Part shown: positions 46,442 through 47,536 of the stretch, one piece after another
Layout: each line of letters opens with the position of its first letter
Position numbering within the stretch: the first letter of the stretch is position 1
Source: Eubacteriales bacterium
Lineage (GTDB): Bacteria > Bacillota > Clostridia > Oscillospirales > CAG-272
Direction: 5' to 3'
NCBI GenBank assembly: GCA_045543375.1
Contig: JAZQMI010000040.1
Location: 1 to 47,536 of the forward strand
DNA: 47,536 nucleotides
Notes under the pieces: generated by a model
What the model saw: the letters and a program-made list of their open reading frames with translations, nothing else
Told to the model about the DNA's origin: nothing
Database searches by the model: none
Translations under genes and position numbers: made by a program

Positions 46442-47407
46442 ATGTGCATGAACCGCTTACAGCGTCCGCACCGTCAAAACCGTTTTTGGCGCGATCGCCG
46501 CTTTTGGATCGACAACGCGCACGCGCTGCTCGTGCTGTCCACCTATCTGCTGCTTCTCTTCTCCCGCCTGATCGACACCGCCTTGCTGTCGCATGACAAC
46601 GAATACCTGGGCGTGGTGCTGCTCCAAATTCTCATTTTTCTCATTCCGGGACTTATCTATTGTAAGCTGCGCGGCACCGCCTTTACCGAGCGGTTGCGCC
46701 TGCGCCTTCCCCGCCCCTCGCACGCTCTGTTTTTGATTTCCGCGCTTGTCGTGCTGATCTCGGGCTGCTTGCTCATCAGCATCGTCACGGGCGGCATCGG
46801 CACGCTGGACGACGGCTTTACACTGTACGACACCTTCTCGGCCAAGGGCGCGGGCGGTGTCGGAAACGTTCTTTATCTGCTGCTTGCCTACGCCGTCCTC
46901 CCCGCCATTTGCGAGGAATTCATTTACCGCGGCGTGCTGTGCGTCACGCTTGAGGAACGCGGACTTTTGCCCACTGTGCTATACAGCGCACTTGCCTTCG
47001 GTATGCTGCATTTTGAGTTCTCGCATCTACCCGTATACGTGTTCGCAGGGCTGCTGCTTTGTGCCGTACTGTACTGCACGCGCTCACTCGCGGCGACCAT
47101 GCTGGTGCATCTGCTTTACAACGTGTTCGGGCTGTTCGGTCAGCCGGCACTCACAGCCTTTTACCGCTACACCGACTCGACCGAGCTGTTCTCCTTCCTT
47201 TTGACCTTTGTTTTCTTGCTTTCCGCCGTTATATTCTGCGGAGAGGCGTCGCGCATCTACCGTTCGTACAGCCGCGCGGGCGTTGCCGCACCCTACCGCG
47301 TTGACCTGCCGCGCGAGGAGCTGCCCGACAGATTGCGCCGCACGCTGCTGCCGCCCGTCGGCGTCATTTGCATTGTGGTATACGTTTTGGCGTGTATTTT
47401 CATTTAA
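46442..47407 (+). CDS. CPBP (CAAX/Abi) intramembrane metalloprotease
   Basis: EEFIYRG, FGMLH, HLLYN motifs; multiple TM segments; start may be ATG 46448. Confidence 0.9.
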   Translation: MCMNRLQRPHRQNRFWRDRRFWIDNAHALLVLSTYLLLLFSRLIDTALLSHDNEYLGVVLLQILIFLIPGLIYCKLRGTAFTERLRLRLPRPSHALFLISALVVLISGCLLISIVTGGIGTLDDGFTLYDTFSAKGAGGVGNVLYLLLAYAVLPAICEEFIYRGVLCVTLEERGLLPTVLYSALAFGMLHFEFSHLPVYVFAGLLLCAVLYCTRSLAATMLVHLLYNVFGLFGQPALTAFYRYTDSTELFSFLLTFVFLLSAVIFCGEASRIYRSYSRAGVAAPYRVDLPREELPDRLRRTLLPPVGVICIVVYVLACIFI

Positions 47408-47415
47408 GAGATTAC

Positions 47416-47451
47416 GAGGGAAAACCCCACTTGTGGTTTTCCCTCTTTTTC
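47416..47451 (+). terminator. Intrinsic terminator
   Basis: GAGGGAAAACC / GGTTTTCCCTC followed by T tract. Confidence 0.85.
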
Positions 47452-47536
47452 GCGCAAGCGCGAAAAATTCACCCTTTCGGGCGCTTTTGAACGATTAGGG
47501 TATTCCGCGCGTTGCGACGCGCGGCAAGGGTTCCAC

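Noticed and set aside
1-47536. CRISPR array, tRNA, rRNA, integrase or transposase
   Set aside because: No regularly spaced direct repeats with unique spacers and no such gene signatures found by eye; all tandem repeats are within coding regions

Overview
Chromosomal segment of a GC-rich, spore-forming Clostridia-type bacterium (spoVAC, spoVT, T-box ileS, DnaD/DnaC loaders, sigma-A and forespore-type promoters). No CRISPR, rRNA, tRNA, phage or transposase was seen. Left to right: end of an ABC transporter; a minus-strand B12-dependent diol/glycerol dehydratase operon (large, medium, small subunits, two reactivase subunits, PduO) followed by a MORN/YwqK-type repeat lipoprotein; a DUF4358-like lipoprotein; a convergent beta-propeller glycosidase-like gene and a divergent GH94 phosphorylase; orphan spoVAC; dCMP deaminase-lipoprotein-rimI-tsaD; a DnaA-box cluster ahead of rex-dnaD-dnaC; a spore ferritin-like gene and spoVT; a BMP-type nucleoside ABC transporter; MFS; T-box-ileS-lspA-rluD-Cof; an mgsA-activase-glycyl radical enzyme (GRE) operon; a BspA-LRR/dockerin gene paired with a membrane-anchored cohesin/Cys-His stalk gene; a ~0.4 kb highly structured ORF-less region; MATE; DJ-1/PfpI; CPBP protease. 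Best candidates for new biology: (1) a GRE with non-canonical Cys loop (DLCQDV) and Gly loop (RLWGVS) co-transcribed with methylglyoxal synthase; (2) a dehydratase medium subunit with three tandem encapsulation-peptide-like repeats although no microcompartment shell gene is in the window; (3) a non-cellulosomal cohesin-dockerin surface-display pair carrying LRR adhesin modules; (4) an unassigned multi-branched structured RNA/DNA element at 43.9-44.2 kb. All calls are by-eye motif recognition; no searches were run.
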